Source of the DNA: Spirochaetia bacterium
Lineage (GTDB): Bacteria; Spirochaetota; Spirochaetia; UBA9216
Length of the DNA stretch: 64,000 bases
Direction: 5' to 3'
NCBI GenBank assembly: GCA_963677925.2
Contig: CAXXYH010000003.1
Coordinates: forward strand, 2,141,823-2,205,822
Shown: one piece after another, positions 38,897 through 47,830 of the stretch
How the letters are laid out: every line of letters starts with the position of its first letter
Position numbering within the stretch: position 1 is the stretch's first letter
The notes under the pieces: generated by a model
Told to the model about the DNA's origin: nothing
The model's input: the letters and a program-made list of their open reading frames with translations, nothing else
Databases searched by the model: none
Translations under genes and position numbers: made by a program

Positions 38897-40412
38897 ATCA
38901 AAGAAATTGAATTTTGCGAAAAAAATTCAGACAGAAAACAACTCCGTTGGGGGATGGAAGGTTCTTATAGTTGACGATGAGGAAGAAGTTCACACAATCA
39001 CAACTTCAGTTCTGAAACATTTTACCTATGACAAACGCAGTCTTGAATTCCTGCACGCATACAGCGGTGCTGATGCAAAAAAATTGATGAAGGAACACGG
39101 GAAAATACCCCTGGTGCTTCTTGATGTAGTAATGGAAAAAGATGACTCCGGCCTTGAAGTTGCACGGTACATCAGGGAGGATCTGGAAAATAATATTTCA
39201 CAGATAATTCTTCGAACAGGCCAGCCCGGCTCAGCGCCCGAAAAGGAAGTAATCAGTGAATACGAAATAAATGACTACAAGGAAAAGACAGAACTCACAG
39301 CAACTAAACTCTACACAATTATTCTAACATCCCTGCGGGCTTTTAAGAATTTAATGGTTATTGAAAAGAACAGACGCGGGCTTGAAAAAATTATAGATTC
39401 CACTAAAACACTCATCCTTAATCAGAATGAAACGCTGTTCGTACAGGGTGTGCTTACGCAGATGGAAGCACTGCTTCATCTTGATGATGATTCACTCTAC
39501 CTGAAACATAACGGGCTCTCCGCTGTTCACAGAGAGAATGATGAATATAAAATCCTGGCTTCCACCGGAAGTTTCGAGCATATTCAGGAACTGCCTGCAG
39601 ATGTAAAGGAAGCTCTGGATAAGGCAATTGAAAACAAGGAAAGTCTTTTTCTCAATGACTCATATGTATGTTACTGCAGGGTTAATTCTGAAATTGAGCA
39701 CCTGATATACATGCAGGGTTGTGATGCCTTAACTGATACTTCAAAAAAGATGATAAAACTGTTTTCATCAAAAGTTGCAATTGCCCTTGAGAACCTTTAT
39801 CTGAACAAGGAAATCACGGAGACAAAAAGAGAAATAATCAATACCCTCGGCAATGTAGTTGAAAGCAGATCAAAGGAAACCGCCTTCCATGTACAGAGGA
39901 TGTCTGAGATCTCCTACCTCATCGCCAAAAAATACGGGATGTCTGAAGAAGAGGCCATACTGCTTAGAAATGCATCACCCATGCATGATGTCGGCAAGGT
40001 CGGGATTCCCGACAGGGTTCTTCTTAAACCTGCTCGTCTCGATGAAGAAGAATACAGTCTTATGAAAACACACACCCGGATAGGGTATGACATTCTTAAG
40101 GATTCAAACAGGGATCTAATCAAGGCTGCAGCAATAGTAGCTTATCAGCATCATGAAAAATTTGACGGTTCTGGATATCCTGCCGGACTGGCTGGTGACA
40201 GTATTCATATTTACGGAAGAATAACAATTCTCGCAGACATCTTCGATGCCCTCTACCACCAGCGCTGTTACAAAGAAGCCTGGCCGCTTGAGAAGATAAT
40301 TGATCTTTTTAATACTGAAAGAGGAAAAACCTTTGACCCGGAGCTTCTTGGAATCTTCATGGACAATATTGATGAGATTGTTGAAATCACCGAAATGTAC
40401 AAAGACAGTTAG
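38889..40412 (+). CDS. response regulator with DUF3369-like and HD-GYP phosphodiesterase domains
   Basis: Receiver (VDDE, LLDVVM, LRTGQPG), MHDVGK, HHEKFDGSGYP. Confidence 0.92.
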   Translation: MSESKKLNFAKKIQTENNSVGGWKVLIVDDEEEVHTITTSVLKHFTYDKRSLEFLHAYSGADAKKLMKEHGKIPLVLLDVVMEKDDSGLEVARYIREDLENNISQIILRTGQPGSAPEKEVISEYEINDYKEKTELTATKLYTIILTSLRAFKNLMVIEKNRRGLEKIIDSTKTLILNQNETLFVQGVLTQMEALLHLDDDSLYLKHNGLSAVHRENDEYKILASTGSFEHIQELPADVKEALDKAIENKESLFLNDSYVCYCRVNSEIEHLIYMQGCDALTDTSKKMIKLFSSKVAIALENLYLNKEITETKREIINTLGNVVESRSKETAFHVQRMSEISYLIAKKYGMSEEEAILLRNASPMHDVGKVGIPDRVLLKPARLDEEEYSLMKTHTRIGYDILKDSNRDLIKAAAIVAYQHHEKFDGSGYPAGLAGDSIHIYGRITILADIFDALYHQRCYKEAWPLEKIIDLFNTERGKTFDPELLGIFMDNIDEIVEITEMYKDS

Positions 40413-40446
40413 TGATTCAGCTCAGGGCCTTACCAAGCCCCTTCAC

Positions 40447-40677
40447 TCATCCGGCGGAACGCCTCATCCGAAGTGATTTTACATTAAAAATTATCGACAC
40501 AATCATTGCCACTGCACCTATACCGGTCATAAAACCCAGTAGAAAATCATGAACGTTGCCGAACCGGTTCAGAAGCAGGACACCTGAAGTACAGCCCAGT
40601 CCGATTACCATCGAAAGCTGTCCGACTGCAGTAATTTTATTAATATCATTTTCTTTGTATATTTTTCTTAAAATCAT
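40447..40677 (-). CDS. small two-TM membrane protein
   Basis: GGGAG RBS, two hydrophobic helices, downstream of the XRE gene. Confidence 0.7.
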   Translation of the reverse strand: MILRKIYKENDINKITAVGQLSMVIGLGCTSGVLLLNRFGNVHDFLLGFMTGIGAVAMIVSIIFNVKSLRMRRSAG

Positions 40678-40697
40678 TGTTTTTCTCCCTGAGCTTT

Positions 40698-40892
40698 TTA
40701 TCGCTTTATTCTCAAAAAAATCATCATGGAAATCTTGGTAAATGCAGCTGCTCCCAGGATCACCATATAGTCATAACGAATGATGCCCCTGATAAATAAA
40801 TTATAGTAAAACAGTCCTGCAATAATCAGGGCAGCCACTATCATTGCAATCCTTGTTGAAATCATCTGATGTGATTTGGTTCTCTCATCCAT
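40698..40892 (-). CDS. small membrane protein with DER motif
   Basis: GGAG RBS 6 nt before MDERTK; two TMs; overlaps the XRE stop. Confidence 0.7.
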   Translation of the reverse strand: MDERTKSHQMISTRIAMIVAALIIAGLFYYNLFIRGIIRYDYMVILGAAAFTKISMMIFLRIKR

Positions 40893-41100
40893 TGTCATCT
40901 CCGAGTTTAAATAATTCATTAACAGTACAGCTGAAAATATTTGACAGCTTCAGGGCAAGCGGAAGGCTTGGGATATACTTTTCTTTTTCGATTGAGTTTA
41001 TCGACTGTCTTGAAACCCCGGTAAGATCCCCAAGCTCCTGCTGGGTCATCCCCAGGCCTAATCGGCAGTCTTTGATTATGTTTTTGACATTATCACCCAC
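40885..41100 (-). CDS. small XRE-family HTH regulator
   Basis: MTQQELG...GVSRQSINSIEK..Y.PSL.LA. Confidence 0.92.
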   Translation of the reverse strand: MGDNVKNIIKDCRLGLGMTQQELGDLTGVSRQSINSIEKEKYIPSLPLALKLSNIFSCTVNELFKLGDDNG

Positions 41101-41109
41101 AGCATCCCC

Positions 41110-41172
41110 ATGTAAAGTCTACTTTACATCAGAATACTATAACAGCAGGTACATGTCAAGCCTGCTTTACAT
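41110..41172 (-). promoter_or_regulatory. promoter with two XRE operators
   Basis: ATGTAAAG-N4-CTTTACAT (41110-41129) and ATGTCAAG-N4-CTTTACAT (41153-41172); minus strand TTGACA-17-TATTCT. Confidence 0.75.
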
Positions 41173-41198
41173 CTAAATAATGAGAATCTTAGAATAAA

Positions 41199-41729
41199 TT
41201 ATTGGTTCAGTGTAAACTTCCAGCTGCAGCTGCAGGAATTATCTGTTATTTCCGGATAGCAGCTTAGACATTCGCATTCAATTCGGTCATCGATTGTTTT
41301 ACCGAAACCTGAATACTCTATTACCCCTACAGGTTTGCATGGGTGGTATTCCATACCCTTACGTTCTCTTGCCACCTGGACACGGCAGCCAATCATTCTG
41401 AAAACAAGGGTATTACCTTCAATAGTAATTTCACTTTTATTGATATTGGAATAAAACCTGTACATGAGTGCTTTTTCCAGACCCTCAAGTCCCGGATGCT
41501 CCGAAAGACTCAGAAATTCTTTAATCTTCTTTGCTTCTATTACTGTGAAACGTTTCCAGGCCTCTTTGTCGTGGTGCATGGCCTCATCCATTCCAAGCTT
41601 ACGTTCTACTGACTGAAACCACACCCCATCCATAGCCAGCCAGTTTTTGGAGTAGATTCCGATCAGGTCTATAAGCTGATCTTTTGTAAGAGAGTTGAGT
41701 TCTTCGTAATTGTGCACGTTTTTATTCAT
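41199..41729 (-). CDS. conserved hypothetical protein (DUF6125-like)
   Basis: KNWLAMDGVWF, CRVQ.AR.RKG...HPCK, C.W.F. Confidence 0.75.
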   Translation of the reverse strand: MNKNVHNYEELNSLTKDQLIDLIGIYSKNWLAMDGVWFQSVERKLGMDEAMHHDKEAWKRFTVIEAKKIKEFLSLSEHPGLEGLEKALMYRFYSNINKSEITIEGNTLVFRMIGCRVQVARERKGMEYHPCKPVGVIEYSGFGKTIDDRIECECLSCYPEITDNSCSCSWKFTLNQ

Positions 41730-41786
41730 AGCAAATCCTGTTAATCAATTGAATAGAGTTTAGCCCGCAATGCCTATATTGGCAAT

Positions 41787-41816
41787 AAAAAAACCGCCTG
41801 CGAAAACAGGCGGTTT
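41787..41816 (-). terminator. intrinsic terminator of proVWX
   Basis: AAACCGCCTG/CAGGCGGTTT stem with a T-run on the minus strand. Confidence 0.85.
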
Positions 41817-41833
41817 AAACGGAAGTTACAGAA

Positions 41834-42715
41834 TTATTTTACCCAATCCTGCCAAACTTCGGTATTCGCATTTTTCCACTCACGTGCGGCATCAAGCGTG
41901 TTCAGATCAGAATCTGCAATATATACCATTAATGGTCCAATTGTATCGTTTGTGAAGAATACGTTCTTCATAAAAGCAGTTACTTCCGGAAGATCTGTTT
42001 CAACATCCGGTCTACCGAGAATATAGATATCATCCGGAGCATAAATCACGTCCTTATCCTGCTCAAGAATAACAAGATCGTATCTACCAAACATTGAATG
42101 CGGCTGCCATCCCATACCTACAATATATTCGTGCTTTTTCATTGCAGCATCCATAGCTGCAAGCATTGCCGGGCCGGAGGAAGCAATAAGCTCAATTCCT
42201 GCCTCATCAAGTCCGTATGCAGGCATAATTTCTTCTTCACATTTAATCATCATACCGGCACCGGCATCGATACCTGTAATCTTATAATCGAGTTTTTCAG
42301 CAACTTCCGGTTTTGCAAGATCAGAGATTGTTATAACACCCTCATCAGCCATGTACTTAGGGATAATAAGACCTACAACTCCGTTGTCATAGATTTTCTG
42401 AATTTTAACAATATCAGTCCCTTCGGTGTATACAGTATGAAGATTGGGCAGCCATCCTTCCATGAAGAAATCCTGATCTCCGTTTGCAACTGAAGAAATT
42501 GCAGGCGCAACATCCGCAGCAGTAAGCTCGACATTCACACCGTATTCATCTTCAAGAATAGCAGCAATCACATGTGACCATGCCACACCTTCCTCCCAGT
42601 TAACATATGTAAGATTAACTGTTGTCTTTTCAGCGCCTTCCCCCTGACCACCTGCAAATACTGCAGCCGGCATAAGTACAGCGAGCATCATTAAAATAAT
42701 TACTAGTTTTTTCAT
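41834..42715 (-). CDS. proX: glycine betaine ABC substrate-binding protein
   Basis: YVNWEEG, WLP.LH, GIDAGAG, GWQPH. Confidence 0.9.
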   Translation of the reverse strand: MKKLVIILMMLAVLMPAAVFAGGQGEGAEKTTVNLTYVNWEEGVAWSHVIAAILEDEYGVNVELTAADVAPAISSVANGDQDFFMEGWLPNLHTVYTEGTDIVKIQKIYDNGVVGLIIPKYMADEGVITISDLAKPEVAEKLDYKITGIDAGAGMMIKCEEEIMPAYGLDEAGIELIASSGPAMLAAMDAAMKKHEYIVGMGWQPHSMFGRYDLVILEQDKDVIYAPDDIYILGRPDVETDLPEVTAFMKNVFFTNDTIGPLMVYIADSDLNTLDAAREWKNANTEVWQDWVK

Positions 42716-42786
42716 GTAAAATTCCTCCGTAAAAAGTTTTTATCCCGTTGCCGGGACACTAATAATTTCAAATTATCGGGACGGGA

Positions 42787-43641
42787 TTATTTATTTCCGC
42801 CGCCGTTAGTTCCAATATTACTTAGAGCCTGAGTGACTCTGTCCAGAAAGATAGCGAGTATTACAATTGATATACCGCCTTCAAACCCCATATCAATTCT
42901 AAGCTGTGTTATTCCCTTTAAAACGACATTTCCGAGGCCGCCGGCTCCGATCATTCCTGATATTACAACCATTGAGAGCGCAAGCATTATGGTCTGATTC
43001 ACTCCGGCCATTATTGTAGGCAATGCTACCGGAAGCTCCGCTTTAAACAGCCTCTGTTTCGAGGTTGCACCAAAAGCTCTGCAGGCTTCAATAATCTCTA
43101 CCGGAACCTGTCGGATTCCCAGATTTGTAAGCCTTACTACCGGTGGCAGAGAAAATATTAACGTAGCTATTACACCAGGAACCGGGCCGAGCCGGAAAAG
43201 CAGAACTGCCGGAATAAGGTATACAAAAGCAGGAAGGGTCTGCATAAAATCCAGGATCGGGTGAAGGATTTTCCAGGCCGTATCTGATTTTGAAGCCCAT
43301 ATTCCAAGCGGTATCCCAACAAGCAGTGCAAAAAATACTGCAGCAACCACAAGTGAGAGTGTATCCATGGTTTCTGACCAATAACCCATGTATAAAATAA
43401 GACTGAATCCTATCAGGGTGAAAACGGCTATTCCACGACCTGCAAGCTTCCAGGCCAAAAGTGTAAAAAGTATAATGATAACAATAGCCGGGGGCAGCTG
43501 AAAAACATAGTTTACTCCCTCAAGAAAGCCGTCTACTACCATTCCTATAAAATCAAAAAGCCAATCGGCTTTTTCAGTGAGCCAGTCGATTATTGCTTCA
43601 AAACCGGCGCCTATATCAATTATTTCTTTAATATTGTCCAT
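42787..43641 (-). CDS. proW: glycine betaine ABC permease
   Basis: LDFMQTLPAFVYLIP, MAGVNQTIMLALSMVVI. Confidence 0.93.
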   Translation of the reverse strand: MDNIKEIIDIGAGFEAIIDWLTEKADWLFDFIGMVVDGFLEGVNYVFQLPPAIVIIILFTLLAWKLAGRGIAVFTLIGFSLILYMGYWSETMDTLSLVVAAVFFALLVGIPLGIWASKSDTAWKILHPILDFMQTLPAFVYLIPAVLLFRLGPVPGVIATLIFSLPPVVRLTNLGIRQVPVEIIEACRAFGATSKQRLFKAELPVALPTIMAGVNQTIMLALSMVVISGMIGAGGLGNVVLKGITQLRIDMGFEGGISIVILAIFLDRVTQALSNIGTNGGGNK

Positions 43642-43659
43642 AATTCTTTAATCCCTCTG

Positions 43660-44913
43660 TTATACCTTTTCCACAGTTTTTGAATCGTCTTCCAAAATCT
43701 CACTGAAAAAAGCAGGACCTGAATCTTCATCCATACCGTCATTCATTTCAGCAATAATCATCTCTCTGTTAACAATTCCAAGAAACTTGTTATCTTCATC
43801 AATGACTGCAATCGGATACCTGGTTTCAAGTGCAGTGCTCATGAGATCAGAAATAGAGGTATCTGCTGACGCAGCGTAAAAATCCTGTCTTACAATACTG
43901 TTTAAATCATCAAGTCCGCGTTTTTTCATTTCAACGACATCTTCGATATGCACCATGCCCTTAAGGATTCTGTCCCCGTCCACGAGAAAAGCGTAAGATT
44001 TTCCTTCTTTCTCCATCAAATGAAGAGCGGTTTTCTGTCCATCCTTGGTTGAATTAAGGAATGATATTTTTTTTCTGATGGTGCCTGCGGTTACAACCTT
44101 TGTTTTATCTACATTTCTGACAAACTCCCGCACATAATCATCCGCAGGTTTTGATAAGATAGCCTCAGGAGTCCCTATCTGCCTGACTCTTCCGTCAGGT
44201 CCAAGAATCGCAATACGATCACCAATCTTTAAAGCCTCATCAAGATCATGAGTAATAAATATTATTGTTTTATGCATTTTGGCCTGAAGCTCCAGAAGTT
44301 CATCCTGCATCTGAGAACGAATTAAAGGATCCAGAGCGCTGAAAGCCTCATCCATAAGAAGGATTTCCGGATCGTTTGCCAGAGCTCGTGCAAGACCTAC
44401 ACGCTGCTGCATACCACCGGAGAGCTCTCTGGGAAGACTGAACTCGAAACCTTCAAGTCCGACAAGTTTTAATGCTTCCATTGATTTTTTATGACGTGTA
44501 TCTTTATCCACTCCGCTGAGCTCCAGACCGAATTCAACATTTGAAACAACATTGCGGTGAGGAAGCAGACCGAAATTCTGGAAAACCATCGACATCTTTC
44601 GTCTTCGCAGATCCCTGAGTTTTTCAGCATCCATCTTAACTATATCTTCACCGTCTATCAGAATTTGACCGGCTGTCGGTTTGATAAGTCTATTCAGACA
44701 GCGTATAAAGGTAGACTTACCGCTGCCGGAAAGTCCCATTACAACAAAAGTTTCTTTTTTATTAATTTCAAATGTCGCGCTGTTAATAGCAACGGTGCAT
44801 CCTGTTTTCTTCTTAATTTCCTGCTTGGATACACCCTTTTTTATAAGCGGGATTGCACGTTTAGGATTTGAACCAAAGATCTTATATAAATCTTTTACCT
44901 CAACTAAAGCCAT
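43660..44913 (-). CDS. proV: glycine betaine ABC ATP-binding protein with CBS pair
   Basis: MGLSGSGKS, LSGGMQQRVGLARAL, DEAFSALDPLIR; start MALVEVK behind AGGAG. Confidence 0.94.
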   Translation of the reverse strand: MALVEVKDLYKIFGSNPKRAIPLIKKGVSKQEIKKKTGCTVAINSATFEINKKETFVVMGLSGSGKSTFIRCLNRLIKPTAGQILIDGEDIVKMDAEKLRDLRRRKMSMVFQNFGLLPHRNVVSNVEFGLELSGVDKDTRHKKSMEALKLVGLEGFEFSLPRELSGGMQQRVGLARALANDPEILLMDEAFSALDPLIRSQMQDELLELQAKMHKTIIFITHDLDEALKIGDRIAILGPDGRVRQIGTPEAILSKPADDYVREFVRNVDKTKVVTAGTIRKKISFLNSTKDGQKTALHLMEKEGKSYAFLVDGDRILKGMVHIEDVVEMKKRGLDDLNSIVRQDFYAASADTSISDLMSTALETRYPIAVIDEDNKFLGIVNREMIIAEMNDGMDEDSGPAFFSEILEDDSKTVEKV

Positions 44914-44985
44914 GATATTTATTCTCCTTATAATCCGGTATTCCGGACTATGATTGTTATGAGTTAATAGAATTTCGGGGATGTC

Positions 44986-45042
44986 AAAAAAAAAAAGCAC
45001 TCCAACTTTACAATCGAATGATTATAGAGTTAGAGTGCTTTT
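44986..45042 (-). terminator. long hairpin followed by T11
   Basis: 23-bp imperfect inverted repeat (44993-45015/45020-45042) with a 4-nt loop and an 11-T run on the minus strand. Confidence 0.7.
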
Positions 45043-45308
45043 GCCAAGCTAAAAAGCTTAGGCTTTCGCTTTGTTATTACAGCAACATCAGTTCCATTGC
45101 CTCAAAAGAGACCCTGGAGAAGCCCCAGTTCTATGAAATAATTTTTCAGCTCAAGTTTCCCGGCTTTAGAAACAATCTGATAAAAACCAGCCGGTACTTC
45201 AGGAACCTACTTCATTTAATTATCTGTCTTCCTAAGGTTACAGGAAATATCATATTCCGTCTACCCCATTAAAAATGGCGGTAAGTTTGAGGGAGGTTCG
45301 GCTTAGTC

Positions 45309-47678
45309 TTACTGCTGCTTAAGAAAAGACTCTGAAGGTTTACCTATAAAATATCCCTGACCGTAATCGATCCCGATTTTTCCGGCAAAATCAAGGAGTT
45401 CCTCTCTTTCAATATATTCAGCAATAGTTAGTATTCCGGATTTCCTGGCAAACTGAATTATTGAAGTAACAAGGGATCGGCTCTTCTCATCAGATAGGAT
45501 ATTTTTAATTAGACTTCCGTCAATTTTGATAAAATCAGCATTCAGCCGCAGCAGGTAATTAAAATTGGAGAACCCAGCTCCAAAATCATCTATTGCTATA
45601 CGGATGCCTCTCTGCTTAAGATGTGAAATAATTTTAATCAGTCCGTCAAAGTCTTTAAGTTCTTCTGTTTCTACAATTTCCAGAATAAGTCTGTCCGAAA
45701 TCTTATATAAGTCAGCCTGCTCAATCAGAAATTCAAGAGTTTCCCTGTCCATAAAATCTTCCAGAGTGAGATTAATTGAAAATTCGTCATCTCTACTGCT
45801 GAAAATCTCAAATGATTTTGCAATTACGAAGGCGGTAAGCTTTTTATATATTCGGCCCTCTTTGGCCAGATTAATAAATGCTACCGGATTTACTACAGTG
45901 CCGTCCGGGTTTTTCATCCTTAAAAGACATTCATATTTTGTTGATGCACCGGTTTTCAGACACTGAATCGGCTGAAAAACAAGGTATACTCCAGAATTGT
46001 TTAATGCCATTCTGATATTATTCAGTCTTTCCAGATTCTCCATCTTTACAACACGTTCATCAATTTCTTTTTCGCTGTATGCAACAAAACCGTCTGAACT
46101 GCTCTTTGCTGCACCAAGAGCAGAGTCGGCAATAACAAGCGAATCCTCTCCGCATACAGAAATTCCGCAGCGAACGGATATCGGGATCTGAGCATTATTG
46201 ATTTCAATAGTAATATCGTTTAATGCACCAAGACGCTCCCGGCTCTGGCTGATAAACTTAGCAGAGTCCAGAGTCCTGCTCATTACAACAAAGGTGTCGG
46301 AATGTATCCTGTATAAGGTTTCAGTTTCAGGATTCAGCAGAGAATAGAGAGTCTCGGAAATCTGAATCAGTACATCATCGGCTCTGCTCATCCCGTAAAA
46401 AAGGTTAATGCTTCCAAAACCGTCGACGTTATACATTGCAATAAATGAGGAGGTTCTGGAGTTATAATCCGAAAGAAGGCGCACACGGTTTCCAAAACCT
46501 GTCAGAGTATCCGTCATAAAAGATCTTTCCAGGGCATGTTTCTGTCTGTGAAGTTCAGTAACATCAAAACCGAAGGCTATATGCCCTAGGACGGTACCAT
46601 CCAGATCTCGAACCTCTCCCGACTGCGCCTGAAGCCAGAAATCTTCCCCCCTTACATTTTTACCTTTTACCAGTGTCGTGAAAGTTGAACTCTTTTCAAG
46701 CTTCTTTTTGATTTCAGTCTTAAGTGACACAATCTGATCGGAATCATAATCAATACAAAAATCCTTTCCTATCAACTCCTCTCTGCTGTGCCCGGAAAGC
46801 TTAAGATACTTGTCGTTGACTTCTGTTATCAGTCCATCCGGATCCAGATGCATAACATAGAGATTTTCCTCAAGCGCTTTTTCAAAAAGCTGATGACGCC
46901 TCTCTATCTTTTTCCGACTGACATCCGATCGGTATAGCAGAAGAACGATGACAATAATCAGAAAGAACAGCGCGGCAGAAAGAACCAGCAGCCTTATAAG
47001 GGCACCGCTTTTTATTTCCTGACCCAGGCTGAGCCACATATCACGCTGCGCTTCAAGATCCGTGTCCGCCCCATCGGTATAAAACCCGGCACCAAGTACC
47101 CAGTTGTATTCCTTAATGAAGGCCATATAGGAAGTCTTAATTCTTTCTTCGGCATCTTCATCCTCTCTGGGTATAACATATTGAAAAAAAACGGGCTCAC
47201 CACCATTACGCAGAGTGTATACCGACGGCCGGAAATCAATATCCAGAATATCACTGAATTCCTGCAGGCTCCGTCCAACGGTCCAGGGATAATCAAGACT
47301 GATAATGCAGATATCGTTCTCATCAAAAACAAAATATCCGCCAGCCGAATTAAGCCCTATAGTTCCATAGGCTATCATATCGAAGATTTCCTTCTTCAGT
47401 CTTTCAAAAGGAAGGGGGGAGGTCTTAACAGCATATTCGATACCCATTATAAACTGGTCGATCGAATCCTTTGCCTTCTGACGCTCTCGTTCTTCAAATC
47501 TTGAATAGACAACATCAAGACCTCTTTGCAGGTTAGTGTTGATTGTCCTGTTAAGTGTAGTGATGACAAAGAAAACCATAAAAAAAATTATTAATAGAGA
47601 AGAAGAGAGAAAAATCAAAGGAGACAATTTATGGTTGAAAATTCTAGGCCTGCGTTTCTTTTCATCGATCTCAGACAA
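45309..47678 (-). CDS. Cache/PAS/degenerate-GGDEF/EAL c-di-GMP phosphodiesterase
   Basis: Two TMs, PAS, GGDEF position reads HSDTF, EAL domain YECLLR, AIDDFGAGFSN, IKIDGS. Confidence 0.9.
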   Translation of the reverse strand: MSEIDEKKRRPRIFNHKLSPLIFLSSSLLIIFFMVFFVITTLNRTINTNLQRGLDVVYSRFEERERQKAKDSIDQFIMGIEYAVKTSPLPFERLKKEIFDMIAYGTIGLNSAGGYFVFDENDICIISLDYPWTVGRSLQEFSDILDIDFRPSVYTLRNGGEPVFFQYVIPREDEDAEERIKTSYMAFIKEYNWVLGAGFYTDGADTDLEAQRDMWLSLGQEIKSGALIRLLVLSAALFFLIIVIVLLLYRSDVSRKKIERRHQLFEKALEENLYVMHLDPDGLITEVNDKYLKLSGHSREELIGKDFCIDYDSDQIVSLKTEIKKKLEKSSTFTTLVKGKNVRGEDFWLQAQSGEVRDLDGTVLGHIAFGFDVTELHRQKHALERSFMTDTLTGFGNRVRLLSDYNSRTSSFIAMYNVDGFGSINLFYGMSRADDVLIQISETLYSLLNPETETLYRIHSDTFVVMSRTLDSAKFISQSRERLGALNDITIEINNAQIPISVRCGISVCGEDSLVIADSALGAAKSSSDGFVAYSEKEIDERVVKMENLERLNNIRMALNNSGVYLVFQPIQCLKTGASTKYECLLRMKNPDGTVVNPVAFINLAKEGRIYKKLTAFVIAKSFEIFSSRDDEFSINLTLEDFMDRETLEFLIEQADLYKISDRLILEIVETEELKDFDGLIKIISHLKQRGIRIAIDDFGAGFSNFNYLLRLNADFIKIDGSLIKNILSDEKSRSLVTSIIQFARKSGILTIAEYIEREELLDFAGKIGIDYGQGYFIGKPSESFLKQQ

Positions 47679-47830
47679 TCCGGAACACTCCGTTTAAATT
47701 AAATCCGGATAATCAGCGGCAACACTGCTATTATAATCCGTTTGTTTCAAATGATAATTTAGAAAAAGACTGAATGCAAGCTGCAGATATAATAGAGGCT
47801 AACACAATTTTTTTGATTTTCCCGCATTTT

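Noticed and set aside
42743-42788. Hairpin ATCCCGT...ACGGGAT between proW and proX
   Set aside because: Imperfect; likely an ordinary mRNA stabiliser in an ABC operon.
44986-44996. A11 tract as a phase-variable element
   Set aside because: Explained as the terminator U-tail; not in a coding region or promoter spacer.
45018-45272. 84-aa intergenic ORF
   Set aside because: Starts inside the hairpin loop, has no RBS and no recognisable features.
45043-45308. c-di-AMP (ydaO) or other known riboswitch upstream of proV
   Set aside because: Consensus elements not visible by eye; kept only as an open finding.
46330-46530. Active diguanylate cyclase in the EAL protein
   Set aside because: The GGDEF signature is degenerate (HSDTF).
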